A DNA stretch of 64,000 nt. It comes from Octopus bimaculoides. Its lineage: Eukaryota. Below are positions 11,383 through 23,786 of this stretch, piece after piece (the first letter of the stretch is position 1; each line of letters begins with the position of its first letter). The notes under the pieces are model-generated. The model had not been told where the DNA came from. It was given only the letters and a program-made list of their open reading frames with translations, and made no database searches. Position numbers and translations under genes: made by a program. The stretch is from NCBI RefSeq assembly GCF_001194135.2, contig NC_068999.1, positions 7,604,763 to 7,668,762 of the forward strand, in the 5' to 3' direction.

Positions 11383-11895
11383 TTTACTGTCTTTGCACAG
11401 CTCCTAATGCTGGAGATGTACTACAGTGCCAGCTGTTCACTACCACTGATCTAAGGTAGCACCCCCTTTTTTTTTTCGAGGCAATCCGGAGTATCCGAGC
11501 GGTCCCACGCAGTGCTGTTTTCTGCAAGTGCTCCACCCTTATTACAACCTCTATTTCTTCCTTGTACTTCGCAATATTTTTACTCACTGTTTCCACAGTT
11601 CCGACAATTATTGATACTACTACTGCTACTACCTTTTTCATCGACCACAACTGCTTAACCTCCCAAGCTAACCTATCAAATCTATCGACATTTCTTTCTT
11701 CCTTATCGCATACCTTGTTGTCACCTGGGCATACTACATCTATAATCCAGCATCGTTAGCTTTCTTTCTGAATTAACACTATGTCTGCTTTCCTATTCTT
11801 TATCTCATGGTCGCACTGAATCATAAATCCCAGAGGATCTTTGCATTATCATTTTCAACGATGTCATAAAATCCTGTAGGATCTTTACATTATCA

Positions 11896-11896
<1 letters not shown>
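11383..11896 (-). mobile_element. 5'-truncated R4/Dong-like non-LTR retrotransposon (REL domain)
   Basis: Reads ENDNAKILWD..IQCDHEIKNRKADIV...CWIIDVVCPGDNKVCDKEE...EHLQKTALRGTARILR, the typical R4-clade REL motifs. The 5' side abuts (TAT)n. Confidence 0.8.
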
Positions 11897-11945
<49 letters not shown>

Positions 11946-12190
11946 GTAGTAGTAGTAGTAGTAATAGTAGTAGTAATAGTAGCTTTACTTCTCGTAGCAA
12001 TACTAGTTAATGCTGTATACAGTCAGAAGCTTAAGGCTTGCGGAAGAGTTTATGTAATCGAATGGTGTTACGTTCGTGGTTTTTATTTTGTCTTAAGATT
12101 ATTTGAGTGTTTCGTGACCTAAGTGAAGTGAATTGAAAATGGCTAACAATTGGATATAGGGTCTTGGACTTGGCTTGGCACGAAGCTTAC

Positions 12191-12214
12191 CTCAGCTCTT
12201 CATATTTCAACATA
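12191..12214 (-). CDS. Candidate 24-nt microexon (phase 2-2)
   Basis: Long pyrimidine tract ending gtcag, and donor GAG|gtaagc. Only the phase-2 frame is open (MLKYEEL). Confidence 0.35.
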
Positions 12215-12643
12215 CTGACGGGAGGACATAATAAAATGATAGAAAACAAAGCTATACCGTAATAGTATAAGAAAACTAAATATAAACATGAAAAAAAAAG
12301 AAGAAAAATAGAAAAGACAGAAAAGAAACAAGCAAATCACTGAATCGGTTGAGAGATGTAAAATGTCAGTCAGAATTACTGCAATGTCTTATAGTGTTAA
12401 CAAATAACGTGAGATCGCATAGATTCCGCTGAAGATGAAGATTGAGGGTTGGGGTCTGGCGGGGGTGGGGGGATGACGAGGAAGAAGAAATAAAGAGAAG
12501 AAGCAACTTTCATAAATGAATTCCTTTAGAAAGTGTAAATGTGAGAAGGATTCTGTGAGAGAAAGAGAGAGAACGTTAACTCGCAATACGTACATACATA
12601 CATACATACATCCATACATACATACATACACACATACATACAT

Positions 12644-12682
<39 letters not shown>

Positions 12683-12936
12683 AAACACTTATATAATATG
12701 ATACATATAATATATATTAATATGATATATATATATAATATGTATATAATTTATATAATATTATATAACACATATACATATATTACACTTATTCATATTA
12801 TATCACAAAGAGGGAAAGAGATTTCAGAAATAAACGCATACACACACACGCAAACTCTGTCTTTCTCTGTCTCTCTCACGCACACATGCACGCACGGAAA
12901 CGCACACAGACACACACACACACACTCGTGTACAAG

Positions 12937-12989
<53 letters not shown>

Positions 12990-12994
12990 AACTG

Positions 12995-13038
<44 letters not shown>

Positions 13039-13919
13039 GAAGGTGGGTAAGGAATTTAAAAGAACGTGATAACGTGAAACGAAAAACCAAACAAACAAAA
13101 GAATTCTCCACACAACAATAACGACAATAGCATTGGAGATATAATATTGAGGGAAAAAAAAAACAACACAGAAAACCAAAAAAAAAAACAAACAAATAAA
13201 AAAACAAAGAGAAAACGAAGAGAAAAACTATCAATAAATAAATACTCAAAGAAAGCAATAGACTTCATGGTTTTTATTTGTTCTGCTAAAATATTACTTT
13301 GCGAGATATGCCAAACTATCGAATTGGTATTTATAGAACTGTTGGGGTTTCTTCGCCTTTTTCTACCTACTCTCGCTCTCTCTCTCGCTCTCTTTCCCTT
13401 TCTCTAAATGCTATTTATGTGTGTGTGAATGTGTGTGTAGTGTGTGTGAGGAAGTGAGAGAGGGAGAGATAGAGATGAAATGTAAGCAACGCCCGTCAGT
13501 AACAACATAGAAATCAAAGAACATTGCACTTTAGAACATAGACAAAACACCGAAAACATTCTAGTGAGAGGCTTTGTCTGTTTTAATCTTCCACTTGACT
13601 GCTGCTTTACTTAATTGGCCACCGGATAGATTGACTGCAAAGTTGATCTTTGTGGAACTTGAAATCAGAAAGTAGTAGAAAAAATCCGATCAAATCCCGC
13701 AAAAGCAAATTTTTCCGACCAACTCTCGATCCATTGGCTTCTAACAAACCGTTAAAAATAAAAGCATAATTGAGGTATAATACGCGTTATTACTCTTTTA
13801 GTCTTTTACTAGTTTCAGTCATTTGACTGTGGCCATGCTGGCCAAAATGAAAAGCTCTACTTTCTATTTTGTCCCCTCTGTTTTCAGCCCTGTGTGGCCA
13901 ATAAAGAAACATATCTATC

Positions 13920-13955
<36 letters not shown>

Positions 13956-14757
13956 TTTACTATAAGTGTGTTTATATGTGATAGTCTGTTTTTGAAACGC
14001 AAGCGCGTTACACTGTTAATATTATTCGAAAGTTAGTTTAATAATAATAAGTGAACATTCACTGGTGATGTAGTAAAATGAAATACATTACAAAGTGTTC
14101 ATTGGAATATGAAGAGTCGCCAACGGCTTACTCTACAAACGTACGCAAACACGAGCTAATACATTAACCCATATACGTACACATAGGCGTTAGAATTTTG
14201 CAAAGCAACCATGCGCATATATATATANNNNNNNNNNNNNNNNNNNNNNNNNNNNNNNNNNNNNNNNNNNNNNNNNNNNNNNNNNNNNNNNNNNNNNNNN
14301 NNNNNNNNNNNNNNNNNNNNNNNNNNNNNNNNNNNNNNNNNNNNNNNNNNNNNNNNNNNNNNNNNNNNNNNNNNNNNNNNNNNNNNNNNNNNNNNNNNNN
14401 NNNNNNNNNNNNAAAGATAATTATTCATTAAATGACTTTCAATGAAAAATATTTTGCTCAGTCTAGAGAATATAAACTCTTTTAATTTCATGGTAGTCCA
14501 GTTGGCACACCATCGTAAGCACACACATGCACACACTCATACACACGCACGCACGCACACACACGCACACACACATACACACACACACACACACTCACAC
14601 ACACACGCACATGCACTCAGAACACACACACACATGCACATGCACGCGGCTAACTAAGAATTCATTACAATAACCATTACACATCAAGTCTAATAAATAG
14701 CAGAAAGATATTTAGACAAAATGTGTCCAAGCTATCACTCTGCCTATCTGTCGTCCC

Positions 14758-14845
<88 letters not shown>

Positions 14846-15470
14846 GTCTATCTGTCTATATGTCTATCTAATTACCTACCTATCTATACAATTTCATATA
14901 CGGGTGAAATACACGTTCGTGATGCTTGAGCACTTATAGACACGGTAGGAGATACAAACATGTTTTGCAAACTGATGTCCTTGTGGCAAGTAAATGCACT
15001 ACAATGATAGAAACGCTTCCATGTAATCCACCATTATGTCGGGGTTACAAAGTGTTGCACAGCTGAGCTTGTTCTGTTTCTATTGGTATGGTACCGCAAC
15101 CATTTTAGATAGATAGACAGACCTAGGGTTATAGTAATTCTAAATAAATAGATAGAAAGATAGAAAAAGAAAGATAAATATATAGATAAATAGATAGTTA
15201 GATATAAATAGGTAGGTATATAGATAGATAAATGGATAGATAGATAGATATATAGATAAATAGATAGATAGATAGATAGATGGATGGATAATCAGATATA
15301 CTTTGGCGTACGATATAACTGGCTGCCATATTTAGTGTTAAGACAGAATTATAAAAAATTATATTTTCTACCGAGTACAATCCACTTAAAGCCGTTTTCT
15401 TCAATCTCATTTACTTGGCTTAGATATCGATTCGCTCCGAGTACTAGTTTTTACACATATCTTTTTCCTA

Positions 15471-15547
<77 letters not shown>

Positions 15548-15885
15548 NNNNNNNNNNNNNNNNNNNNNNNNNNNNNNNNNNNNNNNNNNNNNNNNNNNNN
15601 NNNNNNNNNNNNNNNNNNNNNNNNNNNNNNNNNNNNNNNNNNNNNNNNNNNNNNNNNNNNNNNNNNNNNNNNNNNNNNNNNNNNNNNNNNNNNNNNNNNN
15701 NNNNNNNNNNNNNNNNNNNNNNNNNNNNNNNNNNNNNNNNNNNNNNNNNNNNNNNNNNNNNNNNNNNNNNNNNNNNNNNNNNNNNNNNNNNNNNNNNNNN
15801 NNNNNNNNNNNNNNNNNNNNNNNNNNNNNNNNNNNNNNNNNNNNNNNNNNNNNNNNNNNNNNNNNNNNNNNNNNNNNNNNNNNNN

Positions 15886-15931
<46 letters not shown>

Positions 15932-16294
15932 TGCAAATTTATCTGTATATGCAAATGTTTCCGTTACACACACTCACCCATACGCATACACAGAAGCAAA
16001 TATAATTGCTTGTATATGAATCCATATGTGATATTTCTTATACATGTGTCATAGCTAATTATTTGTGTTCTATTTATTAAGTTCTTACCTACAGACACAA
16101 AAGCACATTCCCACACCCCAATGCGCACATGTAGCTCACCCCCACAGACAAAGATTGAGATGCGCACACACATACATATGTGCTTGAGTGTGTCGATAAC
16201 TCGTGATTCTGTTTAAGTTTATCTAAGTCGTACAAGTAACCGCCTTACCGTATATTTGACACATATACACATATCCACCTACTCAGCTCTATCA

Positions 16295-16358
<64 letters not shown>

Positions 16359-16422
16359 GTCTGTCTATCTGTTTGACTGTCTTTTTATCTATCTGTAGTG
16401 CATGTGTATATGTACATTTATG

Positions 16423-16468
<46 letters not shown>

Positions 16469-18601
16469 ATATATATATAATATATATGTACGTATAAATA
16501 AGTGCATATAAGTATATTCCTTTCTGTCTATCTCTCCATTTCTCTATAAAAATGTGTACGTGCCTGTCTGTCTGTCTGTCTGTCTGTCGCTCTTTGTCTA
16601 TCCCTCCAACTCTCTCTCTATTCCCATATCTATGTCGATATGTTTACAAATCGCACATCGTATTGATTTTCTTTTCTTTGGTTTTTTTTTTTTGTTTTCA
16701 TACTCCTGTTTCATTGTTATCTGCACCATAATTATCAACATGATATCATTTTTGTTTAATTTCAAATTGCCTTTACACCTTAATCCTATCTGGAGATCTG
16801 AAGTGTTATAAAGGATCATTTTGTATGTGACAGTCATATCTATTTATATAATACGTATATGAATTAAAATCACTGTTTTTCTTTTTATTAACATTATGTT
16901 TCCCTTAACATTATTTTTTTTTATTGAGCAATGGCAAAACGATAATATCAAATTATTTTCTGAAATTCATCATAAAATCTTATTTGCCCATGATTGTAAG
17001 TAGTTTTAACTGAATAAATATTTAGCCTATAAAATTTAATATTAGAAAATAATGGAAGGATAAAAATATTGTTGGCAATTTGATGATATATCATAGAATT
17101 AATGTCTGAATATATCTGTTGAATTGCAATAATGTGGATCGTTTTTGTCATTTTAGACTTAAATTATGTATGTAGTTATTTTGACGAAATATCTCTACAG
17201 TAAAGGCGCCGAATTAATTGTTTAAATATATATTTTGTATTCTTATTGGTACACCATAATGTTGTCGGTTCAAGGTTTATAGCAGAGCAATAACAAGATT
17301 AATGCATTTCTGATTGATAGGGACAAATCAAAGTTTGTGACACATTTGGAAAAGGGACTTCGTTTAAAGAGACACAACTTCTCGATTATTTCATTGATGT
17401 TTTGTAACCTTATTTGTGAGACATTTTCATTATGTTTAAATACATATATAAATAACATCCTCAATTGTACACACACAGACAGATATACAGACACACACAC
17501 ATCACACATACAGACACATACACACAAACGGACACACATACGGATATACGTACATGAACATACACACAGACTTGCTTATATACACACACATGCCTATATA
17601 CAAACATATGCATGCATAAATACATAACGAACAGATGAATTCTGAGGTTTAACAGTTTTCTTGAATGCTCACAGAATTACGGCCTGGTTATTGCAATTAT
17701 CGCCTGAAGATTTGCAATCAGGACTAATTAATAGTAATTAATACTCATTAATTTAATCTGAGTTTGATCACATATACGACAAAAAAAATCAAAAATAGCT
17801 TTGTGTATTAGCTACCCATGTCAATATTTCAGTTCAAATAACAGCAGAAGGAACTGCAAGAATTGTTTTCCAGACTTTAAGAAAAACGATATCAGCCTGT
17901 AATTGTTCTTGGCATTTTTTGTGGCCACATGATGATAAATCCGTCGGTGCACCAGCATGGCCAAAATCAAATGACTGAAATGAATAAAAGAACAAAAGAA
18001 AGAGTTGATATACTGTAATAAAGTGAAGGTGGCAGGCCAGAATGAACGAACTTATTTATAATTAAGGGAAAGCGAATTTAAGGGAAGGTATATACAACAC
18101 ACATATTCTTTTCGACACCTCCGCTTTATTTCATGCTAGCGTATATGTTATATAGTTTAAATATATCAAGTCTATCTCATCAGACAACTTAACAGAAACG
18201 TCGTGCGCGTGCACATACATACATACATACATACGTACATATGTATATGAGTTTGCGTGTGNNNNNNNNNNATATATACATATACAGATGTGTATGTATA
18301 TATATATATAAAATATATATACATATACAGATGTGCATGCATATATATGTGTATGAATGTATGTACGTATATATGGATGTATATATGTATGTACATATGT
18401 ATGCATGTATGTATGTACGTATGTATTTCGTATGCTTATATGTATTAAAAAATAAGAAGAATGGTTTTAAAACTGAGCTAATCTTTATATATATAAATAT
18501 ATCTGAATAAGACACGTCATATTGCTTTAACATACGAGGTAAATATTTCTTATTATTTCTCTCCCTCTTTCTGTCTCTTTCTTTCTTTCTTTCTTTCTTT
18601 G

Positions 18602-18650
<49 letters not shown>

Positions 18651-18685
18651 CTCTGATTTTCTCTCTCTCTCTCTCTGTGCGTGTG

Positions 18686-18717
<32 letters not shown>

Positions 18718-19168
18718 TATATATGAGAGTGAGAGGGAGAGTAAAAGTACAAATATGTTTTCGCCTAACAAATGTTTTCAGATAATAGATTTACTGTAAA
18801 ATATTAGTGTATGTTCATACAAGATAAGTTCATACAAGATAAGTTTTACACAACACAAACACAGCCACATATATTGAAAGAATGTCACAGATTACTGAGA
18901 CGTATAAAAGAAGTTTTACTGAACAAAATTTGATGTATGACGTAGGCCAAACGATGTTTTGTTGTGGAACAAACATCATATATTACTGATTGACTGGAAT
19001 CGCTTTACTAACGTTTAAGATGTGCTTTTTCAATGTGTTTTCAGGCATTGACTGTCGTCGTGTACTTACAATAATCATTTCCAGCACATATACATATATT
19101 ACAGCGAGGTTTCTGTTTAATTGCTTTGGTGCTCTCTCTCTCTCTTTCTCTCTGTCTCTGTCTCTGTC

Positions 19169-19261
<93 letters not shown>

Positions 19262-19461
19262 GTAAATGTCGAACAATGAGGATGAGTGCTCAGCACAGTA
19301 TTGGTGGATAACATTTCTTTATTTTTGTATTAAGGCTAGCATTGGTTTTATGTTACGAAAAATATCTTAATATCTTAACACTTTTTCAAGCCGATCGCGT
19401 GGAGGAATCATGTTCGTCTCGATTTTGAAGACGAACACCCTAAACAGATAGGAAGATAGAC

Positions 19462-19527
<66 letters not shown>

Positions 19528-19695
19528 TTATAAGTGTGTATGCGTGTATGTATGTGAGAGCGTATGCTCGCGCCTATATACGTGTGTCCTTGTGTAATAT
19601 ATATACATCGGGCAAACATAAATTGAATAATCCCCCATTCAACATCCACCATCCAATAATTTCATAGGCATTTAACGAACTGGAAATGGTAATAC

Positions 19696-19758
19696 CTCCA
19701 AGATACCCTTTTCCACGGAGCATCTCTGTCATACTGATTAAGCTTTTGGCCCCCGAGA
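19696..19758 (-). CDS. Candidate 63-nt exon
   Basis: Acceptor aaatattctgtag and donor AG|gtatta. Open in phase 2 (LGGQKLNQYDRDAPWKRVSW) and in phase 1 (SGAKSLISMTEMLRGKGYLG). Confidence 0.25.
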
Positions 19759-20540
19759 CTACAGAATATTTAACTATCGCCTCACTACCTCTTGTCTATG
19801 CTATTTTTACATGAAAAGCATTTCTATTTTCCGGAAAAGAAATACTTCTTTCTTTTTTCACTCGTATGTATAATATTAGCGTGACAAAAGTAACGTCACG
19901 AACAAAAAGAATAGTTATAATTACCAAGATAATTTTTGGCTTCGTGTTAATTTTTTTGTTAGTATTAGTACTGCATATTACCGGAATTAGACATTTTTGT
20001 GACATGAAATAATAATTTTCTACATCATGCCCTACAGCTATCAATAATTTCCTTTTACGTTTATACGCTGCACTGCACTCTCTGTCCGTCTATCTCCTTC
20101 TCTCTCTCTCTCTTTTTCCATCTCCATCTTTCTTTTCTGTTTCTCTTTGCCCAACTACACTTTCTTATACTCAATCATACACTTGCATGTTCATGAAAAC
20201 ACACAGACGCACATACACGTATATGCATATGAACGCATATATACATACGTATGTATGTATGTATGTATGTATGTATGTATGTATGTATGTATGTATGTGT
20301 GTATGTGTGTACATATATATTACGATTTCGTATTGCTACTGTTTATATCTTGCTCAGAGATCTAATATACCTTATTTCTCTTTTTTTCGAGATCAGCGAT
20401 CATAGATATATATGGATATTTGATATACGTAGACATGCACGTATATATATATATATAGAGAGAGAGAGAGAAAGAGATTTGATTTACGTAGACATGCACG
20501 TACAGATATATATTGATATTTGATATACGTAGACATGCAC

Positions 20541-20572
<32 letters not shown>

Positions 20573-20789
20573 NNNNNNNNNNNNNNNNNNNNNNNNNNNN
20601 NNNNNNNNNNNNNNNNNNNNNNNNNNNNNNNNNNNNNNNNNNNNNNNNNNNNNNNNNNNNNNNNNNNNNNNNNNNNNNNNNNNNNNNNNNNNNNNNNNNN
20701 NNNNNNNNNNNNNNNNNNNNNNNNNNNNNNNNNNNNNNNNNNNNNNNNNNNNNNNNNNNNNNNATATATATATATATATAGGTGTGTCT

Positions 20790-20990
20790 TTATTTCTGCG
20801 CCTGTCGCCCATCATCACTTGATAACCGTGCTTGGTGCGTGTATGTCACGTTGACTTAACGGTTCGATGAAATAAGTAACAAGCTTTCAAAAATAGGAAG
20901 CATTGGGTTCGATTCATCCAATTAAAAATTCTTCAAGGTGATGCCCCAGTATGGGGAAGTATCGTGACTGAAATCAACAAAGGATAAACG
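20790..20990 (+). mobile_element. 3' half of SINE family A after a (TA)n/gap
   Basis: ttgataaccgtgcttggtg...cttaacggttcg...ttcttcaaggtgatgccccagtatgg...tgactgaaa matches the 61777 copy's tail. Confidence 0.7.
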
Positions 20991-21340
20991 GTATATAATA
21001 CGCTGCAGTAAACTACATCTATGTCAATAAGTACCATATAGTTCAGCGTGCTAAAATGGTCATGTCGCATCAGATTATTATAAACAAACTTTGAGTCTTC
21101 AACGTCTAATTACCTAAATCTTTTACGAACGAGAACTCCAAGCGACTAACAAAATAAAAAAAAAATAAAAAAACAACAAAGAAACAAAAAACAAAAAGAA
21201 AAGCGAATAAATGCGAAAAACCGCTCTGAAAGCAATCAAAAGAAACGAAGACTAACTTATCATCTCTGGCGATATATACACGACCAAGGTCGGCACCACT
21301 GTGAACTTCACCGTGTAACAACAATGACAACAACTATAAT

Positions 21341-21561
21341 CCTTTCTAGTATAGGTGTAAGGATTGGAATTTGTGGGGAGTGGGGGGAGGGCAGTCAGTT
21401 AGATCGGCCCCAGTAGGCAACTGGTATTTGATTTATTGACCCCGAAAGAATAAAAGCCAAAGTCGACCTCTGTGGGAATTTGAACTCAGAACACGAAGAC
21501 AGACGAAATATCGCTAAGCATTTCGCCCGGCGTGCTAACGATTCTGCCAGCTCGCCGCCTT
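21341..21561 (-). mobile_element. Full-length SINE family B (tRNA-derived) within an (ACA)n tract
   Basis: Reverse complement starts aaggcggcgagctggcagaatcgttagcacgccgggcgaaatgcttagcg, with B-box-like ctgagttcaaattcc. Similar acaacaa-gacaacaa flanks on both sides. Confidence 0.9.
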
Positions 21562-22057
21562 ACAACAACAACGACAACAATAATAATAGCAACAACAGCA
21601 GCAGCAGCATCTGTAGCAGCACTGACTGATGCAACAACTACAAGAATGAGAGCATTTGCAATAGCAACTATAACAACGTCACTCACTAGAAATTATGTTC
21701 AAATTAGGAAATTCAAACTGCTAGCTTGCTTGCCCACTTTACAAACTGATTAAATTGCAGGGCTGATAATTACTTCCAATTCCGCCATCAATCACTTTAC
21801 AAGCGACGTATAGAAATGAGAAAAGCAAGAGAACACACACACACGTATTATATACATATAAACGCATAAAAACACACACACGTGCGCACACATGTAGACG
21901 CAGGTAAACACGTCCGCCCGCGCCTCTCTCAAGCGGGCGTACGTATGTACACAGAAGCGAACATAGAAATGTATAAACTACATAGAATCGCGCAGACAGG
22001 TGTGTCTGAGTTGTTGGTAAATAAATACAGTTGTAAGTACGTGCTGTTATATTAACG

Positions 22058-22099
<42 letters not shown>

Positions 22100-23054
22100 A
22101 TATTTCTGCATACCGAAAGCACACACAGATATATAGATACATATGCACAATGCACAAACACACATTGATGNNNNNNNNNNNNNNNNNNNNNNNNNNNNNN
22201 NNNNNNNNNNNNNNNNNNNNNNNNNNNNNNNNNNNNNNNNNNNNNNNNNNNNNNNNNNNNNNNNNNNNNNNNNNNNNNNNNNNNNNNNNNNNNNATATAT
22301 ATATATATATATATATACACATACCTGTGTGTGTGTTTGTGCAGATACGTACATACATCCATAAATAGACAGACCAGAACATCTTCCACATAAACGCAAA
22401 CTAAGAAAAAAAGGGGATAGACTCATACACATCAATAGAGACTGGTACATATATATTTAAAAAATACTGTGTATACGACCGGCTGAACTAATACAATTAT
22501 AACAAAAACGTAAATTTATAACAAAACTAAAACGTTCTTACATAATGGCAAAAACAATAACTAAATATAAAAACCAGACTATCGAAAATGAGAAATATAT
22601 AAAAAAGGAACAGAGAAAAAGAATGTTTAGAATATTAGGAAAGTCTGATATATTTGCAAAGATGAGAAGTAAAAAAAATATAATACACAACTAAAGCCGT
22701 GTAAAAGAATATTGGACAGAAATCGAATAGAAACATGAAAGAAGGTTAGGCTTGGTAGATAGATTGATTAAGAGAATGAATTGAAAACAAAAAAGAAAAA
22801 AAAAACTGAACGGGATACAGAGAAGAGAAAGGGTAAGACAGAGAGTGAGAGTGAATGTGAGAGAAAGGGTGAAAGAAAGTGGGAGAGAAGAGAGAGATAA
22901 TGAGGAAGAGGAAGGTAAGTGAGAGACTACTAATAAGTACGTCTGAGTGATTCGCATATTTTGGTTGTTTATAATAAACATACGAAATACAGACGTACCA
23001 CCGATTCCTTTGATATCGATGGCCCCGAAATTCTTATAGCCCGCACTAATTTAC

Positions 23055-23120
23055 AAGCAGGTTCCTCGGATTCCCGCCGCCGCCATACTGGTTTGCATGT
23101 CTCTTAAGTTTTGCACAGCA
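23055..23120 (-). CDS. Candidate 66-nt exon (phase 2-2)
   Basis: Acceptor tttcttaatacag and donor gtaaat; reads AVQNLRDMQTSMAAAGIRGTC. An alternative donor gtacgt at 22998 would include an in-frame TAA. Confidence 0.25.
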
Positions 23121-23426
23121 CTGTATTAAGAAACTTGTAGAATTTTACAGTAATGTACAGGTATGTGAATTTCATTTCATTATTTAAGTATTGTTAATAA
23201 CATTGTTGACCGTGGTGACCACACCTGACTCCCAGATATTAGCAATCCAGATAGATTTCTGAGTTAGATGTTCCAGAAAATCGATTTCAAATATGCAATA
23301 CATAATCTATGATGAAAGCGCAGTTTGAAGTTTAGAATCTCAGCTTGTTTCTTGTTTCTAGACTGGCCAACCAATGTGGCCTTGACTCAAGATGCATTTA
23401 GCTGTTCTAATAATTTCAGTATTATA

Positions 23427-23786
23427 AGGCAAGGTCGACAGTACTTTCATCTTTTCGAGGTCAATAAATGAAGTACCAGTTGCGTATTGGAGTCGATCTA
23501 ATCGACTGGCACCCTCCTCCAAAATTTCGGGCCTTGTCCCTAGAGTAGAAACGAATAATTCCAGTATTATAAGGCGGCGAGTTGGCAGAAACATAAGCAT
23601 GCCGGGCGAAATGCTTAGCGGTATTTCGTCTATCTTTACGTTCTGAGTTCAGATTTAGCAGAGATCGACTTTGCCTTTCATCCTTTCGAGGTCAATAAAT
23701 TAAGTACCAGTTGCGTACTGGGGTCGATCTAATCGACTGGCCCCCTCCCCCAAAATTTCGGCCCTTGTGCCTAGAATAGAAAAAAA
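23427..23786 (+). mobile_element. Tandem pair of SINE family B (head-deleted copy plus full copy)
   Basis: The 3' halves are highly similar. The 18-bp flank aataatt(t/c)cagtattata occurs three times (23409, 23554, 23787). Confidence 0.9.

Noticed and set aside
18100-18190. CTGATGA on the minus strand with downstream GAAA
   Set aside because: No helix I complement and no valid helix III or cleavage triplet.
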